DNA of 64,000 nt. Origin: a virus. The DNA is taken from positions 6,449 to 70,448 of IMG/VR virus record IMGVR_UViG_3300042934_000768; one strand, 5' to 3'. A model generated the notes under the pieces. It was not told where the DNA came from. It searched no databases and saw only the letters and a list, made by a program, of their open reading frames with translations. A program made the translations under genes and the position numbers. This document shows, piece after piece, positions 1 through 7,232 of the stretch (position 1 is the first letter of the stretch; each line of letters starts with the position of its first letter).

Positions 1-262
1 AGTTCACGCTGGTCGTATCCACCAGTCGTGTCCATTGCTATGGGGGTGGGGCTCCGAACGATTGGCCGAGCCGTCCATAACATACCTACTACCCCGAGCA
101 ATTTTTTTTGTGAAAAATGTCCCTATATAGGCGTTTTCTGAAATGGAGGATCCTGTATTTTTTTTTCATAGTTTTATGGGAGCTAATAGGTTTTCCCCAG
201 GTTTACCTTGTAGACGCAAAGGGAATGAATTAAAATAAAAATAAATAGTAGGAGGGATCCGG

Positions 263-1084
263 TTGGCCAGTGAAAAGGAAGTCAAATCATTTAAGGTGAC
301 GCCAGAGTTCAAACAGAAACTGAAGGATATAATTTCGGAGTCCGGATTCGGAACGGAAGATCAGTGGCTGGAACATGTCGCCACAGAGTACGAATTGAAT
401 CAAATGAAAGAGATTGTGCCGGGGTACAAGAAGATCCTCGACGAGCTGCAATACCATAAGAAACGGGAAGCTGAGATCTTCCTAAGCATCTTGAATACGG
501 AATCAGCAGAACGGTTCAAGCAGCAGCAGGAGTACGAGGGGAAAGCCCAGGCAATGCAGCTGGAGATCACCGGTCTGAACGAGAGGATCCAACTGCTCGT
601 CAGCCAGTATCAGGAGATGGAGAAAATACATAAGGCATTGGGTAAGGAAAAAGAAGGGCTGGAGAAAACGATGCAGCAGGCTGAGCAGCTCCAGGTCAAA
701 AACAATCTGCTGGTCGATGAGTACAAGGAAAAGAACGACACGCTGCTCGGCATGGTGAAGCAGGGTAAAGAAGCGGTAGACCAAAGAGGCCAGTTGCAGC
801 AAGAAGTAGACCGGTTGACCAAGTTGACTGAATCACTTAATCGGAAAATTGAGATGCTGGAAAAACAGCAGGAAAACGATCGGGAGACTTATCACCGGGA
901 CATTGAGCGAATCGCCAAGGAGAAAGAGCTGGAGCGGGAGCAGGTCGTGCTGAAGCTCAAAATCGAAATGCAGGAGCGGATTGATAAAGAGAGAGAGGAA
1001 GGGCATCGCCGGTTCTTGGAGATGCTAGGCGAGGTGGGTAGACCGAGAAGACAGCAGGATGTGTCTACTGAGCAGAAGGAATAG
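263..1084 (+). CDS. Coiled-coil protein with possible N-terminal DNA-binding region
   Basis: GGAGG RBS and TTG start; E/K/Q-rich heptad pattern over most of the length. Confidence 0.7.
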   Translation: MASEKEVKSFKVTPEFKQKLKDIISESGFGTEDQWLEHVATEYELNQMKEIVPGYKKILDELQYHKKREAEIFLSILNTESAERFKQQQEYEGKAQAMQLEITGLNERIQLLVSQYQEMEKIHKALGKEKEGLEKTMQQAEQLQVKNNLLVDEYKEKNDTLLGMVKQGKEAVDQRGQLQQEVDRLTKLTESLNRKIEMLEKQQENDRETYHRDIERIAKEKELEREQVVLKLKIEMQERIDKEREEGHRRFLEMLGEVGRPRRQQDVSTEQKE

Positions 1085-1099
1085 CGGGAGAATGGGAGT

Positions 1100-1264
1100 G
1101 TGTTCATTTTGGATCCAAAGGAAATGTTTAAGTGGTTCCAAGAGCTAGATGATCTTGACCAAAGGAGTTTTTTCACCTATCTGTCAGGCCGATTAGGAGC
1201 AGAGACTTTTGAAAGTTATTTCAAAGAATATTTGAATTTGAAGAATGACGACGCAACAAAATGA
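1100..1264 (+). CDS. Small hypothetical protein (54 aa, MFILDPKEMFKWFQELDDLDQ...)
   Basis: Read manually: GTG start after GGGAG, open frame to TGA at 1262-1264, followed by a terminator. Confidence 0.55.
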   Translation: MFILDPKEMFKWFQELDDLDQRSFFTYLSGRLGAETFESYFKEYLNLKNDDATK

Positions 1265-1284
1265 GCATACGGCATGAACAAGAA

Positions 1285-1312
1285 AGAGCGCTGAGAAAAT
1301 CGGCGCTTTTTT
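1285..1312 (+). terminator. Intrinsic terminator
   Basis: AGAGCGCTGA-gaaaa-TCGGCGCTTT hairpin followed by a T run. Confidence 0.75.
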
Positions 1313-1350
1313 GCTTTAATAAATGGGTATTCAGGTGTATAATGTGGTAG

Positions 1351-1364
1351 TGTAATGCATTACA
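1351..1364. promoter_or_regulatory. Palindromic operator TGTAATGCATTACA
   Basis: Perfect 14-bp palindrome just downstream of TATAAT (1338-1343); recurs elsewhere in the window. Confidence 0.75.
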
Positions 1365-1382
1365 TCTGGGAAGGTGAGAAAC

Positions 1383-1574
1383 ATGGCCTATTTGAATAGC
1401 AATGAGCCAGTGAGCAACAATCCCATGTTCTCTGTGGGTTTGCCGTTAGCTGGAATCGGGGTCGCTGCGTTCCTGGGAAGGAAGCAGATTGCCAAGGCCT
1501 GGAGTAAAGGGATGGGCTTGAGAAAAGGCGCAGCTCCCGCTCCGACGCAAACAATCCAGCCGAGAGTGAGGTAA
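1383..1574 (+). CDS. Small membrane-associated protein
   Basis: AAGGTG RBS; hydrophobic Gly-rich segment VGLPLAGIGVAAFLG. Confidence 0.6.
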   Translation: MAYLNSNEPVSNNPMFSVGLPLAGIGVAAFLGRKQIAKAWSKGMGLRKGAAPAPTQTIQPRVR

Positions 1575-1578
1575 GCCG

Positions 1579-1806
1579 ATGGGGCAGGGGAAATTACAAA
1601 TCACCAGGGATCTACTGGGGCAGATGATTGGGCTCCAAGACGGGATCTCGATCGGAGATATTCGAGTCGATCATTTCAGGGGAATCGTGGAAGTCCAGCT
1701 GATCGGGGAAGGGCTGCCGGAGCATTCGGAAGGTTCGATGCTAACCACGTTAGACCCAGGGCAGGTCATCCGACCACGAGATTTCAATCGGGTGAGGTGG
1801 ACGTAG
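1579..1806 (+). CDS. Hypothetical phage protein
   Basis: GAGGT RBS; tight operon packing. Confidence 0.7.
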   Translation: MGQGKLQITRDLLGQMIGLQDGISIGDIRVDHFRGIVEVQLIGEGLPEHSEGSMLTTLDPGQVIRPRDFNRVRWT

Positions 1807-1810
1807 GCGC

Positions 1811-2260
1811 ATGGAAATGATCGAAGCGTACATGAAGTCGATTTTGCGGGTCGATGATTTCTACGTGCTGTATTACGATGAATCAGAGATGACGTATGAA
1901 ATGGGCAAGGTTATTAAAGATTTCTGGAATGATATCAATCCAGATAAAAAACTCCTATTCATTCCTAAATCTTTTGAGCTGAAGAAAGCAAGCGCATTTG
2001 GATTCGAAACAGCCTCGCATCTACTGCAACATCACAAGCTTGTAGGGCGCATTGGATGGTCCTCGGGGCGATATCTGACGATCGACACAGTTTACGCTAG
2101 GCTCGTCGTTAGAAGCTACGACAACCCTAATCTGGAGATCCCATACGAGCTGACGTGCGACGACCTGTTTGCACATGATTGGATCCTGATGTTCACGCCG
2201 GAAGAGCTGCAGCAAATGCATGAGCGAGATCGGCAAATAACAACCAGATGGGAGCGATAA
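1811..2260 (+). CDS. DUF2829 / Tad2-like protein
   Basis: C-terminal half matches the DUF2829 pattern F..A...L.....V.R.GW ... D.L.A.DW (FGFETASHLL..KLVGRIGW...DDLFAHDW). Confidence 0.6.
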   Translation: MEMIEAYMKSILRVDDFYVLYYDESEMTYEMGKVIKDFWNDINPDKKLLFIPKSFELKKASAFGFETASHLLQHHKLVGRIGWSSGRYLTIDTVYARLVVRSYDNPNLEIPYELTCDDLFAHDWILMFTPEELQQMHERDRQITTRWER

Positions 2261-2264
2261 GCGG

Positions 2265-2504
2265 ATGAAAGCTGTGGAGGCATTGGATTTTACCTGCATG
2301 ATGGGGTTCCTGTCTGGGGTATTCAAGATGATCGTCTACATGGTGTATTACCAGTTGCATGGTGATCAGTTCGGCCTGTTTGCGAGCTGCCTTATGATGA
2401 TCCTATGCAACTGGATTCTGGAGCGGTTCTACGGATATGAGGTCCGGGTACTTCGCAATACCATTCTGCTGGGATATCGAAAAATGAAACGGGGGAAAAA
2501 ATAG
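2265..2504 (+). CDS. Small membrane protein
   Basis: Two hydrophobic segments and a basic C-terminus. Confidence 0.55.
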   Translation: MKAVEALDFTCMMGFLSGVFKMIVYMVYYQLHGDQFGLFASCLMMILCNWILERFYGYEVRVLRNTILLGYRKMKRGKK

Positions 2505-2505
2505 C

Positions 2506-2805
2506 ATGGCACATTGGTTCCGAGGTGGCTGGATGTACGACAACTTTGCAAGAGAGCTCATTTACATAGAGCCGCATGAACGAGAAGAAGGAACGATGTT
2601 CGACAGATCCAAAGTGGCGATCGCCATTCCAGGCGAACATTTTCATGAACTGGCCAAGGTAATGGAGGAGCACGGCTTGTTTGTGCCCAAGATGACGCAG
2701 GCGACAAGGGATCCGGACCTTAAAATCATTCATCGGCTGATTGATATTATAGAGAAGGATGGCGGGCATCATGAGGAAACTATCATCAAACATGAGCGTA
2801 TTTAG
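2506..2805 (+). CDS. Hypothetical protein
   Basis: Operon packing; the true start may be the ATG at 2533. Confidence 0.6.
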   Translation: MAHWFRGGWMYDNFARELIYIEPHEREEGTMFDRSKVAIAIPGEHFHELAKVMEEHGLFVPKMTQATRDPDLKIIHRLIDIIEKDGGHHEETIIKHERI

Positions 2806-3259
2806 GCAAAATCAATTCTCAGCAGCAATGAATTTGCCAAAGGCAAGTGTGCATCAGGCGGCGCCAACACCGCCACCAAAGAAGAACTCTCTATGGGGGG
2901 ATTTGGACGACTTGGATGATTTCGTTCCAGACAACTCCATGCAGAGTCAGTCCGAGAAATTTCTTTCTCATTTTGGAACTTCAGACGGAAGACTTGTCCC
3001 TTCTTGGGGTCGTGGGAATAGGGGGCTGAAGCAGTTTCGGTATGCGTTTGAGGGCGATACGTTCTATATCGATATGGTGGAGAACGCCGAAAGAGGCGCA
3101 TTCCGGAAGCTATGGCCCGAATTGACAAGCTATTTGAAAAATAATGGGATCAAACGAATGAGGCTTGCCGATCACTCTTATGGATCAGACAAAGACGTAT
3201 GGGGCGGTTACGGGTTCAGCGGGAAAAAGCATGATGAAAGCAGATGGCTGGATTTGTAG
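2771..3259 (+). CDS. Hypothetical protein; C-terminus loosely GNAT-like
   Basis: Disordered N-terminus, then FYIDMV..ERG...L..YL..NGI..MRL....W.GYGF, which resembles a GNAT C-terminal half. Confidence 0.45.
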   Translation: MRKLSSNMSVFRQNQFSAAMNLPKASVHQAAPTPPPKKNSLWGDLDDLDDFVPDNSMQSQSEKFLSHFGTSDGRLVPSWGRGNRGLKQFRYAFEGDTFYIDMVENAERGAFRKLWPELTSYLKNNGIKRMRLADHSYGSDKDVWGGYGFSGKKHDESRWLDL

Positions 3260-3269
3260 GGGTGATTAG

Positions 3270-3677
3270 ATGGAATTGATCGAGTCGTATGTGTGGAAGA
3301 TCAACGGGGTAAAGCACGTAAAGGACGGCGTATACACGGCGCAGATATATTCGGAGGAACAAGCGCAGCATCTGATGCATTACTGGCGGGCTCAGTACAG
3401 CGATCGCACGCTGATCTGCATGCCGCCAGACGAAGGGCTGCAGTATTTCGACCGCTTTGATTTCGGGATCGTCATGCGACTTCTGCCCAACAACTTCCGA
3501 GTGACACGCAGTTCTTGGGAGAACGAATACCTGGAGATGCGGCGCAACGGGATCTTCTGCTTAGAAGCGGGAACGGAAGGAGCCTATGAAGAACCGAAAG
3601 GCGGACCGTGGCTTCCGAAAATGGAAGACCTGATGGCCACGGACTGGCAAGTGCTGCGGCGAGATAACCAAGCATAG
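3270..3677 (+). CDS. DUF2829 / Tad2-like protein (second paralogue)
   Basis: FDFGIVMRLL..FRVTRSSW...PWLPKMEDLMATDWQV matches the DUF2829 signature. Confidence 0.7.
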   Translation: MELIESYVWKINGVKHVKDGVYTAQIYSEEQAQHLMHYWRAQYSDRTLICMPPDEGLQYFDRFDFGIVMRLLPNNFRVTRSSWENEYLEMRRNGIFCLEAGTEGAYEEPKGGPWLPKMEDLMATDWQVLRRDNQA

Positions 3678-3688
3678 GGGTGATCAGG

Positions 3689-3793
3689 ATGAAAGACGAG
3701 GGGAATCTATTGAAGGGCATTACATGGGCCTTCATCATCGAGCTCCTGTTCTTTGTAACTGCCTGCGGGGTCTATCAACTGGTTTGGGGGTGA
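3689..3793 (+). CDS. 34-aa single-TM peptide
   Basis: MKDEGNLLKGITWAFIIELLFFVTACGVYQLVWG; GGGGTG RBS; fills the gap between neighbours. Confidence 0.55.
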   Translation: MKDEGNLLKGITWAFIIELLFFVTACGVYQLVWG

Positions 3794-3798
3794 AGGCC

Positions 3799-4023
3799 AT
3801 GTCACTGTGCAGACAATGTGTGCAGCTCTGCTGGCGCAGAACCGAAAGGAGTGACGATTTTTTCTGTTGTCACTTCAAGGAGTCAGTTCAAGAGTTCAAG
3901 CAAGAGTGCCCGCATTTTTTTGATCGCAAGGACGCAACGAATCAACTTCCGCAAGAAAAAGCGAGAAAACGTAAGAAAAATAAAGCAATTGAAAAAATTT
4001 TGAAGAGCCTTCGGCTCTTATAA
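3799..4023 (+). CDS. Small Cys-rich, possibly Zn-binding protein
   Basis: CxxC..C..CC..C pattern and basic tail; ATG at 3799 after GGGGG. Confidence 0.55.
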   Translation: MSLCRQCVQLCWRRTERSDDFFCCHFKESVQEFKQECPHFFDRKDATNQLPQEKARKRKKNKAIEKILKSLRLL

Positions 4024-4044
4024 GGAACTAGGAGGACTGAGAGC

Positions 4045-4482
4045 ATGAGACCAGTAGCCAATCGAAATTATCGCCACTATAAGGGTGGAATCTATCGGGT
4101 CGTCAACACCGGAACCTATACGGAAGATAAGGATCATCCCATGTTGACGGGCCTCAAAATGCTGGGCGTGGGAAAATTTACGGAAGGCAACAACGAGCAG
4201 CTGGTCGCTTTCATGGATGAAGCGGGAGATGTCTGGATCACGCCGCCAGAGTCGATCGAAAATTACCGGGCCCTAAAGAAGCTGCGGGACAAGCCGATGG
4301 TCGTGTATTTCGACGAGCACAACGACCTCTGGTTCCGGCCACTGTCGATGTGGAATGAAGACGTGGAGTATATGGGCAAGAAACGCCCACGCTACACACT
4401 AATGGGGGTGCATGAACGTGGAATTAGTAAACCGGTATTTGGAGGCTCACGTATGGCGTTACCGCAGCGACAACGCATATAG
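4045..4482 (+). CDS. DUF1653-family protein
   Basis: YRHYKGGIYRV ... MVVY ... LWFRPLSMW ... RPRY signature. Confidence 0.75.
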   Translation: MRPVANRNYRHYKGGIYRVVNTGTYTEDKDHPMLTGLKMLGVGKFTEGNNEQLVAFMDEAGDVWITPPESIENYRALKKLRDKPMVVYFDEHNDLWFRPLSMWNEDVEYMGKKRPRYTLMGVHERGISKPVFGGSRMALPQRQRI

Positions 4483-5131
4483 GGTCTGGGATGATTTCAT
4501 TAACAGCCGGGACCGCCATATGTGTATGATTGGCGGCCGGCGTACCGGGAAGACATGGGCTGCGCTTATCCGGGCGATCCACAACAAGAAAGAAACCGTG
4601 TTTGTGTCCTGTAAGGCTGCGTCACTTTCAGGTTCGATTCAGCGAGAGTTTGCGACCGTGACGGAGCATCTGGATATGGAGTACGAGATTCTGTCGAACC
4701 GCAGTGGGATTCTGGAGATCTACTGCAACAACAAGACCATCTATTTCCTGGACGAGTATGCTTACCAGCGTCACAGCGGCTTTGATCTATGTCGGGGCAA
4801 GGAGGTCATCTTTGAAGAGCCGGAGCACATGCAGTCGATTGTCCGTGAGCTGAACAACGAGGGCGCCCTGCAGCACCTGCTCCTGATCTCGGATGTTGTT
4901 ATGATCGGTGGGCTCGCAGGACCCGGCAGATCGGCGTTTAAGGGCTTCTATCGCTATTGCCAAAGGAACGACACTCTGGCGAAGCGGATCACGCCGTTTG
5001 ACCTGCCTTTAGACGAACAGATGCTCAACGAAGTCCAGCGGCAGATGAGCCATGAGCGGTTTATGGTGGAGGTTATGTGCGAATGGAGCGAGAGAGGAGT
5101 AGAGCCATATGCATATTCGCCGGCTGTTTAG
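4412..5131 (+). CDS. Stand-alone terminase-like P-loop ATPase domain
   Basis: GGRRTGKT Walker A, VIFEE Walker-B-like, C-terminal ERFMVEVMCEW resembling the TerL linker; no nuclease domain. Confidence 0.65.
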   Translation: MNVELVNRYLEAHVWRYRSDNAYRVWDDFINSRDRHMCMIGGRRTGKTWAALIRAIHNKKETVFVSCKAASLSGSIQREFATVTEHLDMEYEILSNRSGILEIYCNNKTIYFLDEYAYQRHSGFDLCRGKEVIFEEPEHMQSIVRELNNEGALQHLLLISDVVMIGGLAGPGRSAFKGFYRYCQRNDTLAKRITPFDLPLDEQMLNEVQRQMSHERFMVEVMCEWSERGVEPYAYSPAV

Positions 5132-5270
5132 GAAGGACAATATCAGTCTGATGGTAATCTGGGCAATCGTCTATGCGGTGATGCTGAGTCCTTGGGATTT
5201 CATTCAGTTCAAGGCAGTTAGAGACGACGTATCCTATGAATATCAAGAAAAAGAAGCTTTTCAAGGATAA
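5109..5270 (+). CDS. 53-aa membrane protein
   Basis: AGGAG RBS; ISLMVIWAIVYAVML TM segment; stop TAA at 5268-5270. Confidence 0.55.
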   Translation: MHIRRLFRKDNISLMVIWAIVYAVMLSPWDFIQFKAVRDDVSYEYQEKEAFQG

Positions 5271-5283
5271 TTAAAGAAAAGTA

Positions 5284-5312
5284 TTGTAATGCGTTACACA
5301 ATATAATATAAT
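5284..5312 (+). promoter_or_regulatory. Sigma-A promoter of the tRNA array, overlapped by operator TGTAATGCGTTACA (5285-5298)
   Basis: TTGTAA-17 bp-TATAAT with an AT-rich UP region. Confidence 0.75.
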
Positions 5313-5406
5313 AGGTTTCGGCGAGTCATGTTCTATATGGGACTGACATTTGTGCTTGTGGGGGAATGGTTTTGTATGAAGCCGCCCCCATGGAGCACAT
5401 CCTTTT

Positions 5407-5496
5407 GGAGGGTTGGCCGAGAGGCTGAAGGCGGCAGACTGTAAATCTGCTCTGAATCAAGTAGGCACGGTGGTTCGAATCCATCACCTTCCACCA
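5407..5496 (+). tRNA. tRNA-Tyr(GTA)
   Basis: GCAGA-CTGTAAA-TCTGC anticodon arm, long variable arm, GGTTCGAATCC, encoded CCA. Confidence 0.95.
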
Positions 5497-5497
5497 T

Positions 5498-5570
5498 GGT
5501 GGCATTGGCGAAGCGGTAACGCAGGCGACTGTGGATCGCCCATTCACTGGTTCAAATCCAGTATGCCACA
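5498..5570 (+). tRNA. tRNA-His(GTG)
   Basis: GGCGA-CTGTGGA-TCGCC; G-1 present; discriminator A; no encoded CCA. Confidence 0.9.
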
Positions 5571-5576
5571 TTTTAT

Positions 5577-5653
5577 CGCAGGGTAGAGCAGCCAGGTAGC
5601 TCGCCAGACTCATGCTCTGGAGGTCGCCGGTTCAAATCCGGCCCCTGCAACCA
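5577..5653 (+). tRNA. tRNA-Met(CAT), initiator-like variant
   Basis: C1:A72 mismatch, CCAGA-CTCATGC-TCTGG anticodon arm, encoded CCA. Confidence 0.9.
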
Positions 5654-5658
5654 ATTAT

Positions 5659-5732
5659 GGCACCGTAGCTTAAAGGTAAAGCGCCCTGCGTGGAGCGGGG
5701 AGGTTGGCGGGTTCGATTCCTGCTTGGAGCCG
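5659..5732 (+). pseudogene. Degenerate tRNA (nominal TGG anticodon with G33)
   Basis: D arm and T arm recognisable; A:A mismatch in acceptor stem; loop CGTGGAG. Confidence 0.6.
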
Positions 5733-5737
5733 CACAT

Positions 5738-5811
5738 ATGGGCTTAGTTTAGAGGAAGAACAGCGGTCTCCAAAACCGTTAGCGGTGGTTCGATTCCATC
5801 AGCCTGTGCCA
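5738..5811 (+). tRNA. tRNA-Trp(CCA)
   Basis: GCGGT-CTCCAAA-ACCGT; GGTTCGATTCC; encoded CCA. Confidence 0.9.
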
Positions 5812-5815
5812 ATTT

Positions 5816-5891
5816 TGACTGATAGCTCAGCCGGTAGAGCAACGGACTGTTAATCCGTGGGTCGCAGGTTCGAATCCTGCTCGGTCAGCCA
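5816..5891 (+). tRNA. tRNA-Asn(GTT)
   Basis: ACGGA-CTGTTAA-TCCGT; canonical cloverleaf; encoded CCA. Confidence 0.95.
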
Positions 5892-5896
5892 ATTAT

Positions 5897-5984
5897 GGGG
5901 AATTAGAGGTTCATGTGTGCGTTGCACTGCCCGTCCTGGGGTTGCTCCCGGGGGGATCCGGCCGTTCAACTCGGCGATTTCCCA
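5897..5984 (+). ncRNA. tRNA-like RNA with 8-bp acceptor and 4-bp T stem; no canonical anticodon arm
   Basis: GGGGAATT/GATTTCCC stem, GCCG-TTCAACT-CGGC T arm, internal hairpins. Confidence 0.55.
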
Positions 5985-5989
5985 GGCCT

Positions 5990-6061
5990 GGATCTTTAGC
6001 TCAGTGGTAGAGCGGCCGGCCCTTAACCGGTTCGTCGGAGGTTCGAATCCTTCAGGATCCA
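5990..6061 (+). tRNA. tRNA-Lys(CTT) with C33
   Basis: GCCGG-CCCTTAA-CCGGT; canonical D and T arms. Confidence 0.85.
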
Positions 6062-6062
6062 A

Positions 6063-6124
6063 TTGAGGAACTGAAAGCTTAGTATGGTGCCAATCGGATT
6101 GGAACTGAAAGGCAGGTTTCTCAA
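6063..6124 (+). ncRNA. Candidate small structured RNA with two GGAACTGAAAG motifs
   Basis: Closing stem TTGAGGAAC/GTTTCTCAA, internal CCAAT-CGG-ATTGG hairpin, repeated 11-mer at 6066 and 6101. Confidence 0.45.
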
Positions 6125-6127
6125 CAT

Positions 6128-6201
6128 GCGGCGTGTAGCTCAGTGGCAGAGCAGCCCTTTAGAGGGGATGTGTCACCGTGTTCGACTCCGGTCACGCCGC
6201 A
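6128..6201 (+). tRNA. Atypical tRNA (8-bp acceptor stem, nominal TAG anticodon, bulged T stem)
   Basis: GCGGCGTG/CACGCCGC, GCTC-AGTGGCA-GAGC D arm, TTCGACT T loop; shortened anticodon arm. Confidence 0.6.
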
Positions 6202-6241
6202 CGTATTATCAAATCGGGCTTGGGTTTCCGAGCCAAACTAT

Positions 6242-6315
6242 CGGGATGTAGCTCAGCTTGGTAGAGCACCTGGTTTGGGACCAGGGGGTCGCATGTTCAA
6301 ATCGTGTCGTCCCGA
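6242..6315 (+). tRNA. tRNA-Pro(TGG)
   Basis: CCTGG-TTTGGGA-CCAGG; CGGGATG acceptor typical of Pro. Confidence 0.95.
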
Positions 6316-6324
6316 TAAAGTTAT

Positions 6325-6431
6325 GGTAAGGTTGCCGTGTGTTAGACACTAACAGGGCGAGCTGCCGGGTGCTGCCCATTGGGAGCGGCTCGAACATGAG
6401 TCCCCTTGATGCCGGTGGTGGCGACCTTATC
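6325..6431 (+). ncRNA. Candidate ~107-nt multibranched RNA
   Basis: 12-bp closing stem GGTAAGGTTGCC/GGCGACCTTATC enclosing several hairpins; lies between two tRNAs. Confidence 0.45.
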
Positions 6432-6441
6432 AATCTATCTT

Positions 6442-6518
6442 GGCCTGTTGGTGAAGTTGGTTTGCAACACACCGCCCTTTCACGGCGGCATGCGTGGGTT
6501 CGAGCCCCACACAGGTCA
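6442..6518 (+). tRNA. tRNA-Glu(TTC)
   Basis: CCGCC-CTTTCAC-GGCGG; GGTTCGAGCCC T arm. Confidence 0.92.
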
Positions 6519-6547
6519 TTTTCATACCAATATAAGGGGTGGACGAA

Positions 6548-6796
6548 ATGTTAGCAGAAAAGTTTATTGGCGTCGTCAGTATGAAAGTGGAGATGCCGGC
6601 CGAGGTCATTAATGCGATGCACGGCGAGGGAGCGGCGGAGGAAGGGATATTCGCCATCGACAAGCTGGAGAGCGATCCAGTAAACTCTTACGACGAGGCG
6701 AAAACCTACATCGCTGATCATGTCGAAGCTCCAGGGTTCCTGTATGGTCAGGTGGAGAAGGTGTTCGTGAAGGCAGAGCCAACCGATGGCAACTAA
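6548..6796 (+). CDS. Small acidic hypothetical protein
   Basis: AAGGGGT RBS; overlaps the next gene. Confidence 0.65.
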   Translation: MLAEKFIGVVSMKVEMPAEVINAMHGEGAAEEGIFAIDKLESDPVNSYDEAKTYIADHVEAPGFLYGQVEKVFVKAEPTDGN

Positions 6797-6998
6797 TCGG
6801 TGGGATGCATTCCAAACCTTTGTGATTGCCGCAGCCGTGGTCGCCGTTGTTCTGATCGTGTTCGGTACCTTTGTTAAAGGATGCGAACAGGTCGAAATGA
6901 CGAAGCGCAAGCAGGTGGATTTGCAAATCGAGCAGGTTAAAAACAATTACCATTACGAACGGTCTCAGACCACTACGGTCGGGCCGTCGCAAAAATAA
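6786..6998 (+). CDS. Single-TM membrane protein
   Basis: FVIAAAVVAVVLIVFGTFV TM segment followed by GC. Confidence 0.6.
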   Translation: MATNRWDAFQTFVIAAAVVAVVLIVFGTFVKGCEQVEMTKRKQVDLQIEQVKNNYHYERSQTTTVGPSQK

Positions 6999-7049
6999 TG
7001 GGCGCCTGAAGAGGATAAAGTCGGTCGCCGGCCACCAATAAACAGAATG

Positions 7050-7074
7050 TCCCCGAGAAATCGGGGATTTTCTT
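7050..7074 (+). terminator. Intrinsic terminator
   Basis: TCCCCGA-gaaa-TCGGGGA followed by TTTTCTT. Confidence 0.7.
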
Positions 7075-7094
7075 ATTTGCCGAAAATCTCCCAT

Positions 7095-7148
7095 TGTCCA
7101 GAATGTCTATAATGTCATTTCTGTCATCAAAATAGGGGTTGTCAGAAC
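7095..7148. repeat. 9-bp-periodic TGTC repeats (candidate parC centromere)
   Basis: TGTC at 7095, 7104, 7113, 7122 and 7140, upstream of parM. Confidence 0.5.
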
Positions 7149-7181
7149 ATATGTTCTCATATAGAATGAGAACAAAGGTTC
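7145..7181. promoter_or_regulatory. Two LexA/DinR (SOS) boxes
   Basis: GAAC-ATAT-GTTC (7145-7156) and GAAC-AAAG-GTTC (7170-7181) match the Bacillota GAAC-N4-GTTC box. Confidence 0.7.
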
Positions 7182-7203
7182 GCACGATGGATAAAATAAC
7201 TGG

Positions 7204-7232
7204 TTGCTTTTTGTGGTGTAATGCATTACAAT
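7204..7232 (+). promoter_or_regulatory. Sigma-A promoter overlapped by operator TGTAATGCATTACA (7217-7230)
   Basis: TTGCTT-17 bp-TACAAT. Confidence 0.6.

Noticed and set aside
6325-6431. SRP RNA or tmRNA identity for the structured RNA
   Set aside because: Lacks the SRP helix-8 CAGG-CCGGAAGG-AGCAGC motif and tmRNA tRNA-like ends.
5326-6612. Short ORFs predicted across the tRNA array
   Set aside because: They overlap clear tRNA cloverleaves and are spurious.
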